Source: Chromera velia (Eukaryota). From it: a stretch of DNA of 64,000 nucleotides. The notes beneath the pieces were generated by a model. That model did not search any database, had not been told where the DNA came from, and was given only the letters and a program-made list of their open reading frames with translations. The position numbers and the translations under genes were made by a program. Shown piece by piece: positions 52,060 to 64,000 of the stretch; position 1 is the stretch's first letter, and each line of letters opens with the position of its first letter. The stretch lies in the NCBI GenBank assembly GCA_018398765.1, contig JAHBMJ010000212.1, forward strand, positions 1 to 64,000, in the 5' to 3' direction.

Positions 52060-52942
52060 AAATGGTAGAGAACGACCCACATTGAATAACAGTGCAATGG
52101 GAGGAGACGGCTTGTGCATGGGTAAGGTCCTTTGCCCTTCACAGTGACACAGACGTCCCATTGCAGCTTCCACGGGGCACCATAGGAGCGGTGAAGACAG
52201 GTCACGCCCTCTGCCTAGTATGGCTGGGCCTCTGTCTATTTTTTATTGGATTGGAAATGGGGAGACGGCATGAAGGAGGAAAGGAGACGGGAAGAACGAA
52301 GCGGAACGTAGACGGGGCCAGGGACAACATAGAACTTATTCCACCCAAAGGCCAGTCAATTAGTGAGACAGATTGATACCCCAAAGTAGACCTACGCACT
52401 TAAGAAGCCCTCCGAAGAGCAGTCAATGCCTTGTTCTCCCTTCTCCCTGCATATGCATACAGACGCAAAGCATGGAAGGCGGCACACACCTGGGGCAAGC
52501 AGCGGGGAAAGGAGAAGAGTGTCACGCAGAGCCCATTCCTCCCAACCCTGCAACAAGCGGAGAGGCACCATGAGAGGCACATGGGGACACAGGGACAGAT
52601 CATGGAACAGCAAGGAGAGAGGAACGTACAGGGAGTCCTACCCGTGGACTTCTGCCCCTCCCCCCCTTGCTGCACATCTCTATCCGCTGCCCCGCAGGTA
52701 CACCCACAGCCAGGCTGCAACCAGACAAGGCCCCGAAGGACTACAATTTTTTTTTGGGTAACCAGCGTGGCCCCCAGGGAGAAAAAGGCTAGGGGGGAGA
52801 CTTTAACGGTCATAAGAAGGGGAGGGAAAAACACGGGGACAGCGAACACCATCAAAGTGCAGACACCCACTCTGGAGTCAGCATAAGACCCACCCTAGGA
52901 CCCACCAGGAATCAGAAACGGAGACAACATGATGACAGCAGC
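52060..52942 (+). mobile_element. Truncated second copy of the non-LTR element's 5' region
   Basis: 52376-52942 is a direct repeat of ~54076-54630 in the same reading frame, extended upstream by a hydrophobic segment (HALCLVWLGLCLFFIGL). Confidence 0.75.
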
Positions 52943-53843
52943 CTAGGACTTAGTCTATGAGATATAACACCGGACAACATCGGAACGTCACCATTGGTGG
53001 CACGTTTTATCACGTTTTTAAATTTTTTTATTCCAAGAGGATCCGGCCAGAGTATCGGCGAGAGCGGGCGAGAGTGTATTCAATTTGCAATGCTACCCAG
53101 AGAATGTTATAGTCTAGAATCACAAAGGATCTCTGTTAGTACCTAGCTTTGGGATTTGTTTTCAGATGCTAGTTCAGACGGCCATCAGTTAACGCTTCTG
53201 GACACTTCTCGAAGTCCCGGCATCTCTCTTCTGTCGATCTTTCTTTTTCTTTTTAGAAATATTTTAATATTACTCTTTTTGTTAGTTCCTTTTGCCCGGA
53301 TATGCAAAGTCTGTTCATGCACCGAAAGTGGTTTGGCAAGTTATTTTTTTCCGGCTAGCTGTTTGGATGGCATTGCATATCAATGATTAATTGAGAGCCA
53401 GCATTGCTACATCCAGATTAAGCACGATCGAGTCCTTTCAATGTGACACGCAAAACAATGCAGTTTTTTCTACTCAATTGAGTGAATAAACCCTAGGAAT
53501 AAACTAGTGAAGCTACGGGGTAGCACTAGGATGAACATTATAGGTATCCCTAGTTTGGCGGGCTTCCTAACTAGTTAGGATAATAGTTTAAACTTATGCT
53601 ACATAAAAGTTATAGATATAGAACATGTTAGAAATTCGATTTCTATTCTGGTGGGCCATTTATGTTTTCTAGTTCATGAGAAATTGTTGTTCAAAGGTGG
53701 TGTCGCCATGATCTGGCGGGGCTTTTCATAGTGGGGATGGACTTTGATAAACCTTCCCCTCCCGCCAGTATGCCTGCCCCGCCACGTCCCGCCAGACACA
53801 GTCAATCCCCGCCAAGAAATGTGAACACCTCACGCATATCCTA
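52943..53843. mobile_element. Possible MITE-like insertion between the two 5' copies
   Basis: Homology breaks abruptly at 52943. Weak inverted ends (TAGGA...TGAG). GGCG(A/G)G motifs on the left vs CCCGCC motifs on the right. AT/TpA-rich core. Confidence 0.3.
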
Positions 53844-53958
53844 CAAGGTCTCTGTATCTGTTGCATAGACAGATAGGTAGAGAGATAAACAGACAGACAG
53901 AAAGACAGGCAGGCAGGCAAACGAGAAGAGAGAACGAACAGGCAGTCAGTCAATCGTA

Positions 53959-53990
<32 letters not shown>

Positions 53991-54075
53991 AATGAGAGAA
54001 TGAACAGATAGTCAGTCAGTCATAGACCTATGCACAGAGAATAAACAGACAGTCAGTCAGTCAGTCAGACAGATG

Positions 54076-57000
54076 GATACCCCGAAGTAGACCTACGCAC
54101 TTAGGAAGTCCCCCGAGGAGCAGTCAACGCCTTGTTCTCCCTTCTCCCTGTATGTGCATACAAACGTAAAGTATGGAAAGCGGCACACACCTGGGGTAAG
54201 CAACGGGGAAAGGAGAAGAGCGTCACGCAGAGCCCGTTCCTCCCAACCCTGCAGCAAGCGGAGAGGCACCATGAGAAGCACGCGGGGACATGGGGACAGA
54301 TTATGGAACAGCAAGGACAGAGGAGCGTACAGAGAGTCCCACCCATGGACTTCTGCCCCTCCCCCCCCTGCTGCACATCTCTATCTGCTGCTCCGCAGGT
54401 ACACCCACAGCCAGGCTGCAACCAGACAAGGCCCCGAAGGACTACAATTTTTTTTTGGGTAACCAGCCTGGCCCCCGGGGAGAGAAAGGCTATGGGGGAG
54501 ATTTCGACGGTCACAAGAAGGGGAGGGAAGGGCACGGGGACAGCGAACACCATCGAAGTGCAGACACCCACTCTGGAGTCAGCACAAGACCCATGAGGAA
54601 TCAGAAACGGAGACAACATGATGACAGCAGCAGTAGCAATAGGGAGAAGAAGAGAAGGAGGAGGAGAATAGGTGAGGAAAAAGACGTTGAGAGGGGCGAT
54701 TGAGGAGATGAATGGAAATAGAGAAAGGGAGAGAGTACAAGGAAGGGGGAGAAAGTGTGAGGGGGCATTCCTGTACCTATCAGCTGTAAAGCCAGTGCTG
54801 CAGGGCCTCTTCAAGCGGCATACCGAAGTAAATAAGAGGATGTGGCAAAGCGCTGTCAAAATCAGAAATGAAGGAGAGAGGGAGCTGAGTGAGACAGAGA
54901 GTACAGACCCTGAGCGACCGTGGGTGGTCATGCTTGGTGGAGCAAGGCTCCTCCTCCTCATCTTCCTAATTATTAGAGTCATCACAACAGAAGCGGGCAG
55001 AGTGAGGAGATGGGGGAAAGAAGGATTCTAAATCATAGCATATATCCCCATAGTAGTAAAATAGATGACGGGGGAGGCAGCGTGGCTGATCGAGGGGGTT
55101 GCCGAGCTTTGCAGACAGATGATCACACCGATCAGAAGGCAGATCACGGCACACACATATGCGATGGGCATTGGCCTGGTCAGCACAATTATGGAGTGAG
55201 TAGGAAAAACGATAGACAAAGGAAAAGAAAGGTCAGGGGACTTTCAGGGAGCAGGATCTGAGGTTATGGAGACGGCTTTGGAGAGACTGATCAGACTGAA
55301 ACTGTTATGATCGGCGGGAGAGCTAGTGAAGACACCTCTCATATCCCTCCTTTCAAATGTGTGCATACCAGCATACACTTTTATCAGGAGACATCTGTAT
55401 GCAGCAACCGTCGGGCTTATCAGCACTATTCTGGAGTGGACGGAGAGAGGTATGTATGAAAGACTGTGGGGGACTCCGAGGAAAGAGTTGCAGAAGGCAG
55501 GAGAGGAGATGATGGAGACGGCGATAGAGAGACTCATCAGACTGAAAGTCGCACCAGAAATAGGAATGGTGGTGGTAGCGCTGAGCGTTTGGATGATTAT
55601 CTTTCCCACGGCAGTAGGATAGGAGTGGGGGGAAGTCATCTTAACAGAAGCAGGTAAGGTCATCAGTGCTGGAGTGGATGTTCTGCTGGAGGCAGTAAGA
55701 GAGCCAGCAATTTTTTGAGTCGGTCAGCCGATGACAAGGGTAGCGAGAGCCGCCATACAAATATAGAAGAAGACATTTGGGGAAGCAGATGAAATCAAGA
55801 AAGAGAAGAAAAGGGAAAAAAGGAGGAAGGAGGAAACTTAAGGGTAAGAAAGAAGAAAGCGGCACAGAGGAGAGCGAAGATCAGAAAAGGGTATGCACAC
55901 TGGCACCTATGGATGAGAAGGATAGTTATGCGTATGCATTTGATGCTGCACGCAGGAACAGAAGCTGTGGGGGAGACGGGAAGAAAAATGATTGAGACAG
56001 TATGGAGAGGAGGGATCAGGAAAGGGAAGGACAACAGGGGACTGAAAAAGAGGAAGTCCGAAGCTAGACAGAAGAGAGAAGAAAAAAGGAAGAGAAGGGA
56101 TGCAAGAGAGAAGAGCAGAAAGGAGAGACATATATTTCCATAAACAAAGCTCGTAGTCGGAATCCTTCTGACTCTTACAATGGGGAGCATTATGGTGGCC
56201 TGTTTGAGAGAAAGCCTTAGCAGCATCGATCAGGCGCGAGGGGCGAGAGGGAGAACGGCCGGTATGCCACGCTGCCTACACAAGCAGGCAGCTTCCGAGA
56301 GACTTGCCAAGCTGCAAGGTCTGATAATGTCAAAGCAATCACGCCAGATCCCCCACCAGCTCACACCGTATCATAGCCATAATTAGAAGGCGGTGGGGGT
56401 ATGGAAGAGAGCCAACAAACACCACTAACGAGAGATTGCTATCAGATCCCACCCAGAAGTTGGAAACTGCTCTGGGAGGCTAGGGGAGGAGGTGGAGTGG
56501 CAAGGGGGCCTACGGTGAATGGGGTTTGCATCACAAAACGCAGCCATCCACGCACTATATGGCAATACAGATACAGACCAGGAAGTGACACCGCGGCAGA
56601 GAAACCTGCGTAACACTCCAAGGTGGCCGCTCGCCCCCCTCTTCTCAGCAGGCCTGGAAGGAGCCACATCTACGATATGCACCCCCTTGCCAACACGACA
56701 TGAAGGAAGGCCCTTCAAAGTGTTTGGGGATGCTTCAAGTGCAAGAGCGCTAGAGGAAGAGGCTAGGGAAGAGGATAGAGATGGGGGGGGGAGCACATAT
56801 ACGGGAAAGGCTGTCAGAGCAGGCATGGCAAGAAAAAGGAGGGAGGAAGCGCCGATGGACGATCCAATGATGATGAGAGGAGGTAAATGGTTCACAGGAG
56901 GGGAGACAGAGGAGGAGAGGGCCAACTGCGAGGTCCAACTGCAGGCCAACATTGTTTTAATATACGACAGAACACCGCAGGCAGGGGAACTTGCTGAGGT

Positions 57001-60000
57001 GGCTCGGGAGGCGATTAGACAGCAGGAGTATTTGAATGCAAACACGTATCTTAACGAAGCAGAGGCACTGATGTAGTCCGTCTCTCGGGTTATCGAGAAT
57101 GAGCTCCCACTTCCGTATGTTGACTTGCAGCCAGGTTTAAACAGATTCATCATAACACAACAACTCCAAGAGAGTCGAGAGAACCTGGAAGCAGATATTG
57201 CAGAGGTAAGGAGAGCATTAGGCCAAGTCAAATGGGACGAGTAGATTGCAGTGGCCCATGAGCGGGCAGGTCGTACGCTCGAATGGGCAAGCACTGCAGA
57301 AGAAACGTGGGGGAGAGGAGACGCTCAAGAGGCGGAGATTTATTAGGAAGAAGCAGAGATGGAAGCTGCGGCAGTGCAGTTCACAGTAGAAAATGCGCTT
57401 TCCAGAGCATGGGAGACTGGAACGGACGTCTCCCCAGGAACGGCCGGGTTTGATCTGCTGCAAGGGCTCCAGCAGTCCCTCCAAGACATCAACGCGATGG
57501 TCGAGGGCATCACTCGGCTATGGAGGCGATTTTACTGGGAACAAAGGAGGGAAAGAGTAGGAAGGAGAATTGAACTGAACAGATGGCTTAAAGAAAACCC
57601 CCCCCTAAGCAAAAGAGCTAGATAGGCAGACAGCCAGGGAGGTCCGGCCCCCGTTCCAGAAATGGACAGATCGGATAGACCCAGGCTGAGAGAAGAAGAC
57701 AGAGAGAACATAGACCTGCAGCTCCATCCTGAAGCCTGAGAAAGGATGCAGGAAAGAGAAAACCCGGCGCAGGTAAGGGGAAGAGAAAGGGAGGGCTTCA
57801 GAAGGGGAAGAGGTGGAGGAGGACGATGGATGCAGGGGTGGAGGAGCCCTTTTTTCCTCTTTGTGATCGTCACTAGTTGTTGCAAACAAGCTAGTGCTTT
57901 CATCCCCGGGCCCATGAAAGACTCTCAGTGAGAGCAGACACTGACAGTTAGAAAGAAGGGAGGAGGGAGATGGAGTGGTTATCCGCGCTGAGAAAAACGT
58001 ACACTATCAGCTAAACATACTCACCTTCCAGAGACTGGGAGCGCCCCTCAGTCAACATGGTGGGTGGTAGGGTTCAGTTGATGACAGAGGAGAGAGAAGG
58101 CACGGAAAAGTTAAGTGGTGGAGGTCTTGAAAAAAATGACATCGTAGAAACACTTCTGTCAGGGGGTTCGCTGACAATAGGAGCGGGGGGCAGAGGAGAC
58201 AGGGAGAAGATGCACCGCATCATGTATGCATACAATAGAAACATACCGACCCCCACCAACACGGCGCCAATGCCAGCATTCCCCCAAAGTTTAGCAGAGG
58301 AAGGATAGGGGGGGGGCAGTGCAGGAGACAGTTCGATAGGAGATGGAGAGCAACAGGTACAAAGGCAGGGGAATTTATACCAACTGATTCCTATTCCAAG
58401 GGAAGACAAGTCAGCTGTGACCATTCCGACGTTTCTTCTTCCAAACAGCAACTCCACAAAAAAAGCGCAGCCCGAAGTGCAACCAGAGGAAGCCACTCAG
58501 ACGCGGAGCTGTCAGGGGCAGCAGCACCTAGCCATTGCAGCCTCGGCAGCACCCAAAATTGAGAGAAAAAAAAGAAGGAGAGAAACGGGGCACCAGGGAG
58601 GTGCCACTGGCAGTGCGAATCGCACTCCCCTGCAGGGACAGAGCCGGACGACAGCAGCTACAGCCGCAGCCCCCGCAGCCGTAGCCCCTGCAGCTGCAGC
58701 CCCCACAGCCGTAGCCCCCGCAGCTACCTTGGCCGCAGCTTCTAGCCCGTCAGCAGGGCCCCCCCGTGTGAGAGGCAGGGACTCCGAGCTGCACGGAGCG
58801 GGAACAGTTCTGCCTTCTAGCAGGTTCTCATTGGCGGGAGCGTTTGAAGTTGCCAAAAGAATTGTCTCGGATGGAAGAGGTAAAGAAGCCAAGTTTGATC
58901 CTGCGGGGGTAGAGGTGGAGGGGGTAGATGAAGATGAAGCTAAGCAGGAAAACGAAGCACCATGTACCGATCAGCCAGCATCGTCAAGCGCACATGCGTC
59001 GGCAGGTTAAGCACCTCAGTCAGCCCCTACAGATTGAGCAGGTTGTGGAAAAAAGGAGGAGGAGAGGCAAACAGGGGGGGAAAGGGAGCAAGGGGGGCAA
59101 GAGACAGAAAGAGGGGACAGAGGCACAGAGAGGGGGCCAGGCGAGACGGCAGGGGGGGGAAGAGCCCCTGAAGAGAGTAATGATAGGCCGACAGAAGGCT
59201 GGGAGGAAGAGTGGGCGTTTTGGGATCAGATAGACCTAGCACAGCATGCAGTAGACGATCTCAGAATTCCCACAGAGAGGGTGCTCCCAGGGAAATTCCG
59301 ATTATGGTGGGTGCAAATATTCTCAAAACTGATTGAAATGACCCACTTAACCGATGGATGCACAGCAGAGAGAGCTTGGAAGGCCGTGATCTACTTTCCT
59401 AGTCTGTTTTGGAGGAAAACGGAAAGGGGGGGGGCATATTCGGATAAACAAACGACAGGAAGGATCAGCGATTTCTGGAAAGGTCGGTTCTAGGGTCGGT
59501 TTGAAGAGTTTATTATAGACTTGAGAGCAGACGTTGTTTTCCAAGGAAAGAAAAGAAGAGAAAAAGCAATGAACAGGTCCTGGAGGGGGGGGAAAGTAGC
59601 TGCCAAGAGAGAACTGGAGCTGAAAGAGGCAGTAGTTGAGGCCCTTATTCAGCAGGGAGCACTGTCAAAAGCAGCCGTACGTCTTTCATCATTTGGGGTG
59701 GCCAAGGCGGATGAAGAGACGTTACGGTACCAAAAGCTAAAGGACATGCACCTATCTAGAGCAACCCTATTCCAAGTGCGACGGCATGGTCATGCAATGC
59801 CGCCATTGGAAGTTGCAGCAGAGAGCCTTTTAAAAGCAGTACGCACAGCACCAAAAAGATTGGCACAGGAGGTGACAGAATAGAGGTATGAGCACTTGAG
59901 TTTCCTTCTTCCTCCGGATGGAACAGCAGCAAGGGGGCGCCAAGCTGCAGTTCTCTCAATGAGGCAAGATCTGATAGCTGGTAAAGCCCCACCAGAGGTA

Positions 60001-62324
60001 CTGGATCTGTTAGCATGCGGGCGGTGTTTTGCACTCCACAAGAATGTGGATGGTTCGAAGATACGGCCTATCATGGTGGGAGATGCGGTGCGAAGATGGA
60101 TCACGAGGGCGGTTCTCCTTGAAAAAGGGGAGCAAATAGAGAAGCACTTGGAAGTGAGACAGTACGCTGTGCGCACAGCGGACGGGTATACAAGACTGTA
60201 TTACACGGTGCAGACAGCCCTCCAGCTTAACAAATCAGCAGTGTTCTTTCGCCTAGACGCTCAGAATGTGTTTAACACCGCGGACCGGCAACAGATCATG
60301 GACGAGGTTTACACACACTTTCCGGAGATCTACACCTTTTTGATGTTCTTCTATGGAAGTCCTACTCTGACGTTCTTTTAGAAGGACACGGGGGAGACAA
60401 AGGTGATTTTTTCAGAAGAAGGGGTGCAGCAGGGAGATGTAATGGGCCCCACGTTGTTCTGCATCGGCCTCAAGCCTGTGCTGGACAGGCTGAGCGACAG
60501 ATTAAGAGAGCAACATCGCTCAAAGAGCACCTTCATTGGTGCTTTTATGGATGACGTAGGCCTTATTTTCCCTTTAGGAGAGTTAAGTAAAGCATGGGCA
60601 GCGGCTGAGGAAGAGTTTCGCTTATTTGACCTCAAGCTGAATCTCGGCAAGGACAAGAGCCTAGCGTTCTCTCCAGCATAGGTGGAGACAGAAAGGTGTC
60701 CGGAGATGTCTCCTGCAGGGTTAGAACTGTCGAAGGACGGGTTCAAGCTAAGAGGGGGAGCGATAGGGAAATGAAAGTACGAGAAAAAACATTTTGAAGA
60801 AGTGAGAGATGAAGCAGTGGGGTTGGCGTCCAAAGTAGCCAACTATCACGATCCTCAAGAGGGATGGCTTCTGTTTCGGTTTTATGTTCTCCCCAAGCTG
60901 GGTTTCCTTCTGCGTTTGATAGCAGATGCAATTCCAACATTAATGTGGCAGGCAGCTAATGACATGCTCTTGAAAAAGTGCACTTGATGGCTTGGCATTG
61001 CTGAGAATGAGTGGACCCTACATTAAACAGTGCAGGCATCACTCCCATTGTCGCAGGGGGGCTAGGCATACATAGGTATAGTTTCATGTAAAAATGTGCG
61101 CTGGTAGGATGCTATGCATCCTGCCTAGCAGATGTACTAAAGAGGCTTTTGGTGTAAGGGTATGTGAACAACCCGGATGAGATGTGGGAGAAAGTTTCGA
61201 GGGAGGGGTGGTCTCAAAAAGCCCAAGAAGCGTTCTACAGACTGCAGAACGATTATCAAAATACAGTCAGTGGAGCGCCAGAACGGTCGTTGCTGAAAAC
61301 ATCGTGGAAAGATTGCACAGAGGCATGGAGAGGTGAAGGGGTAAAAGGGGTGCAAGGGAGGCTCTATGATACTCTACAGGCAGCGACGAGAAAGCGACTG
61401 TTAGGAGAGCTGCCAGGCAGCAGCCGTCCCATGCTAGGGACGCCTCCAAGCTTAGACGAGAAGAGACAGATTCGCTTGAGAAGTTGCTCTGGCAATGGAG
61501 CTTCAGCATGGCTTGGAGCCATTTCCTTTGACACCAACCACAAGATCTTCCCACCGCTTTTTCATACAGCCATGCGCGTATGGCTAGGCCTTCATATCCT
61601 ACAGCTGGTATGACAACCAGTCTGCGACTGCGGATAGAGGGGGGACTTGGAGGGTGTTCATGGGGGAAAGTGTCCAACGGGAGGAGGTCCGTGGAGAAGG
61701 CACCAAAAGGTTGGGGCAGCATTTTTTGAGCTGTTAACCGGGGTAAAGTACTGTACGGTTGGGGAGGAGGCAACGATGGGATCGTTGGAGCTCGATTTGA
61801 CAGGACCGTTGGCCAAGGAACACGACAAACGACCAGACCTGTTCGCGACTTTGCCAAATGGGGACTCCGTTCTAGGGGATGTGGCTCTGATCCACCCGAT
61901 CTAGAATGCAACCCGCCTGCATAGAAACGCCAAGAAAGCAGGGGCTGCAGCTAAGGAGAAGGAGGGGAAGAAATATACCCACTATGATAATGCCTGCAGA
62001 GCAGTGGGCATTCGTTTTGTTCCTTTGGTTTTTGAGACCTACAGAAGGCCTGAGGGGGAGACAGTGAGGTTCATGAAAGAGATGGTGAGATAGGCTACAG
62101 CTAGGGCTATAGAAAGGTTGGAGGAGATGAATGATGCATCAGCACGTCAGAAAATTGCTGACAAGTGGTGGAAAATGTTGTCAGTAGCGGTTCAAAAAGT
62201 AGCAGCTTCTATAATTTTGGCATCTGTTCAGGCAAGCCGCGGTACACACAGTACACAGGTCATAGAGATACTGCTTGGGAGGGAGTTTTCGGCCTACGTA
62301 GGTCTTGCAGAGAAGAAAGAGTAA
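54076..62324 (+). mobile_element. Non-LTR retrotransposon, CRE/SLACS-like (RT plus C-terminal restriction-like endonuclease), degenerate
   Basis: RT motifs KIRPIMVGDAVRRW, QYAV, LDAQNVFN, GVQQGDVMGPTLF, AFMDDV (59900-60700). RLRSCSGNGASAWL; CDC...H...C knuckle plus RRH; RPDL...GDV; AKEKEGKKY..Y; FVPLVFETY (61470-62050). Confidence 0.92.
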
Positions 62325-63231
62325 AGGAAGAGGGGGGAGCCAGCAGGGGCGCTGGCAAGAGAATTGAAAGAAAGAGAAGGACCATTTTGATGTTTAAGAG
62401 ATAGAAAAGACACAAACGGAGAGAAGAGTCTGACAACATCAGATTGAAGAAACATGACAAAGAAGCTAAAAGCCGCTAAGCATACAAAAGAATTTATGGA
62501 TATAAAGAAAAGGTTTAATAAAGAAATGTTGAGGAGAAATAAATTTTTTTAACTGGTTAAGGAACCCATTGAAGAAGAAGTCGGGAAAGAAAAAAGGAAG
62601 ACCACAACGCTCATCCATAGATAGGCAGAGTTGACCACGCAAACACACGGAGAATGAAAGGTATTAATTTTTGTCCACCGTGGAGTAGTATAAGCTAGGC
62701 GTGGCGGCCTAGTCCGAGGGGCTTGCGCTTGCAATAGATTGGCCATAATAGACGAACAGGACCTATGCCTAGGCAAGATGCATACTGGCCCGACAAAGGA
62801 CCAGAAAGACACTAAAGAGAGACTATATAGCTGCCTTCCTGCATGCATGAATGCAAGCCGGCAATACTTCAACATTTATAGCAATATATTGATCCATCTA
62901 GCTGTCTGCATAAGAAGTCTTGGCTGATTCTGCCTCTTCACACAGTCATGATCGATCCACATAAGAAAGTACGATGAGCACCTGACTGAAGTTCAAATTA
63001 GAATCCTCTTTTTACTGTGGAAACAGTGCAAAATCGTCAATCTCAATCACTCCTACGGAAACGGTCTGATAATATGCTCTCGAGCCAACTGCCTCATCGC
63101 CCTTTTCTTCTCTCTTTGCCTTCTAGATCTGGTTGCGTCAACAGCACTGAGAGGTTCGGAGAGAAGAGGAAAAAATCCCTTGTCTGCACTCCAGGTTGGT
63201 TGAGTCCGAGAAGATAGACGTATACCTTCTT

Positions 63232-64000
63232 AACTGACTGTACTGACAATTGAAACTTTTGTACTAGAAAGTGACTTTTAATTTTCTATATATCACACTA
63301 AATTTTACAGAAAAATCTAAGTCTTTAAAGCACTTAGAATGATTCTATTTATTGTTTCTTACCTGTATGAAAGTATGAAAAACTTTTAAAGATAAGGTTT
63401 AATGGGTTTATGGTGTGTATGTTGGAAATTGTTGGACGTGAGTGAGGTGAAAGAGTTATAGTATGTTGATATGTCAGAGAGTGGTTGCAGACTCTGCAGA
63501 CATCTGACAATACGCAGTGTAATGCACAAACAAGCTAACTTTTACTTTTAATGGAATACGCCGAATCCGCACACTGATGTAAGGAGGGAGTACACAACGG
63601 GTAACCCCCATGAAAGGTAAGAATGAATGTCTGCAAACAGATCTGCTGATTTGACACCCACAGAAAGCAGTTCAACCAAACAAATGTTGAGCACTATGAC
63701 CGTACAAGAGGTAAATGCTTAGCTTCTAAAAGCCTGATCGATCCATAGCCTCTAGCCAGAGGGCCTTGCCCACGACCAGCCATCATAGCGTTCTTGTTTT
63801 TTCTGGGTGAGGCCCGGCACTGGCCACTGGGTCTTAGTCCACCCAGGAGCCCTACCTCCAAATTCTCATGCAAACAAGAGCTGCGCCTCACTCCCACAAC
63901 TTTAGATCACCCGAGATTACTAGCCGTAATGCTTCCTCATGAAACCTAAGCACCGACAAATGGTCCTCCGAGAAAGACTCAGTCTGACCTGCAGCACAGA
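63232..64000 (-). mobile_element. TIR DNA transposon, AACT-terminus family (copy 3, runs off the window)
   Basis: Starts AACTGACTGTACTGACAATTG and is colinear with 40526-41304. Confidence 0.92.

Noticed and set aside
57890..57912. 2A-like peptide (SAFIPGP)
   Set aside because: Lacks the required D(V/I)ExNPGP consensus.
27966..62324. Stop-codon reassignment (TAA/TAG read as Gln) as the explanation for the many in-frame stops
   Set aside because: Stops also replace expected Trp codons as both TAG and TGA (chromodomain S*EP; LINE E*RYEHL), they coexist with frameshifts, and intact host genes have no internal stops and end in TAG/TGA. Mutation explains them better.
62325..63231. Spliced-leader RNA gene target flanking the CRE-like element
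   Set aside because: No recognisable SL sequence or tandem array, and no clear 3' tail or TSD.

Overview
Eukaryotic nuclear DNA with GT-AG introns, abundant microsatellites and assembly N-gaps. The style resembles a chromerid alveolate such as Chromera velia, but that is inference only. Two host genes look intact, both on the minus strand: a RING-H2 E3 ligase with a long repeat-bearing tail (30770-36804, 5' end unresolved) and a 5-exon, 322-aa signal-peptide protein of probable metallo-beta-lactamase-like fold (48024-50799). A partial multi-exon gene of unknown function lies at the left end. Most of the rest is nested, decayed mobile DNA: (1) a Ty3/Gypsy chromovirus (~38422-47328) carrying a hAT-like MITE in its 5' LTR and a TIR element between gag and pol; (2) a 2.5-kb Gag-only LTR element with an initiator-Met PBS; (3) a very long CRE/SLACS-type non-LTR retrotransposon whose ORF has a membrane-protein-like N-terminal extension; (4) three loci of an unclassified TIR family with 5'-AACTGACTGTACTGAC termini and 4-bp TSDs, one carrying a zinc-finger cargo and a hairpin whose loop is inverted between copies. 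Most striking, repeat copies differ almost only by C:G/T:A transitions, about half in CpA/TpG context, a RIP-like signature. No prokaryotic operons, CRISPR arrays, rRNA or tRNA genes were found.
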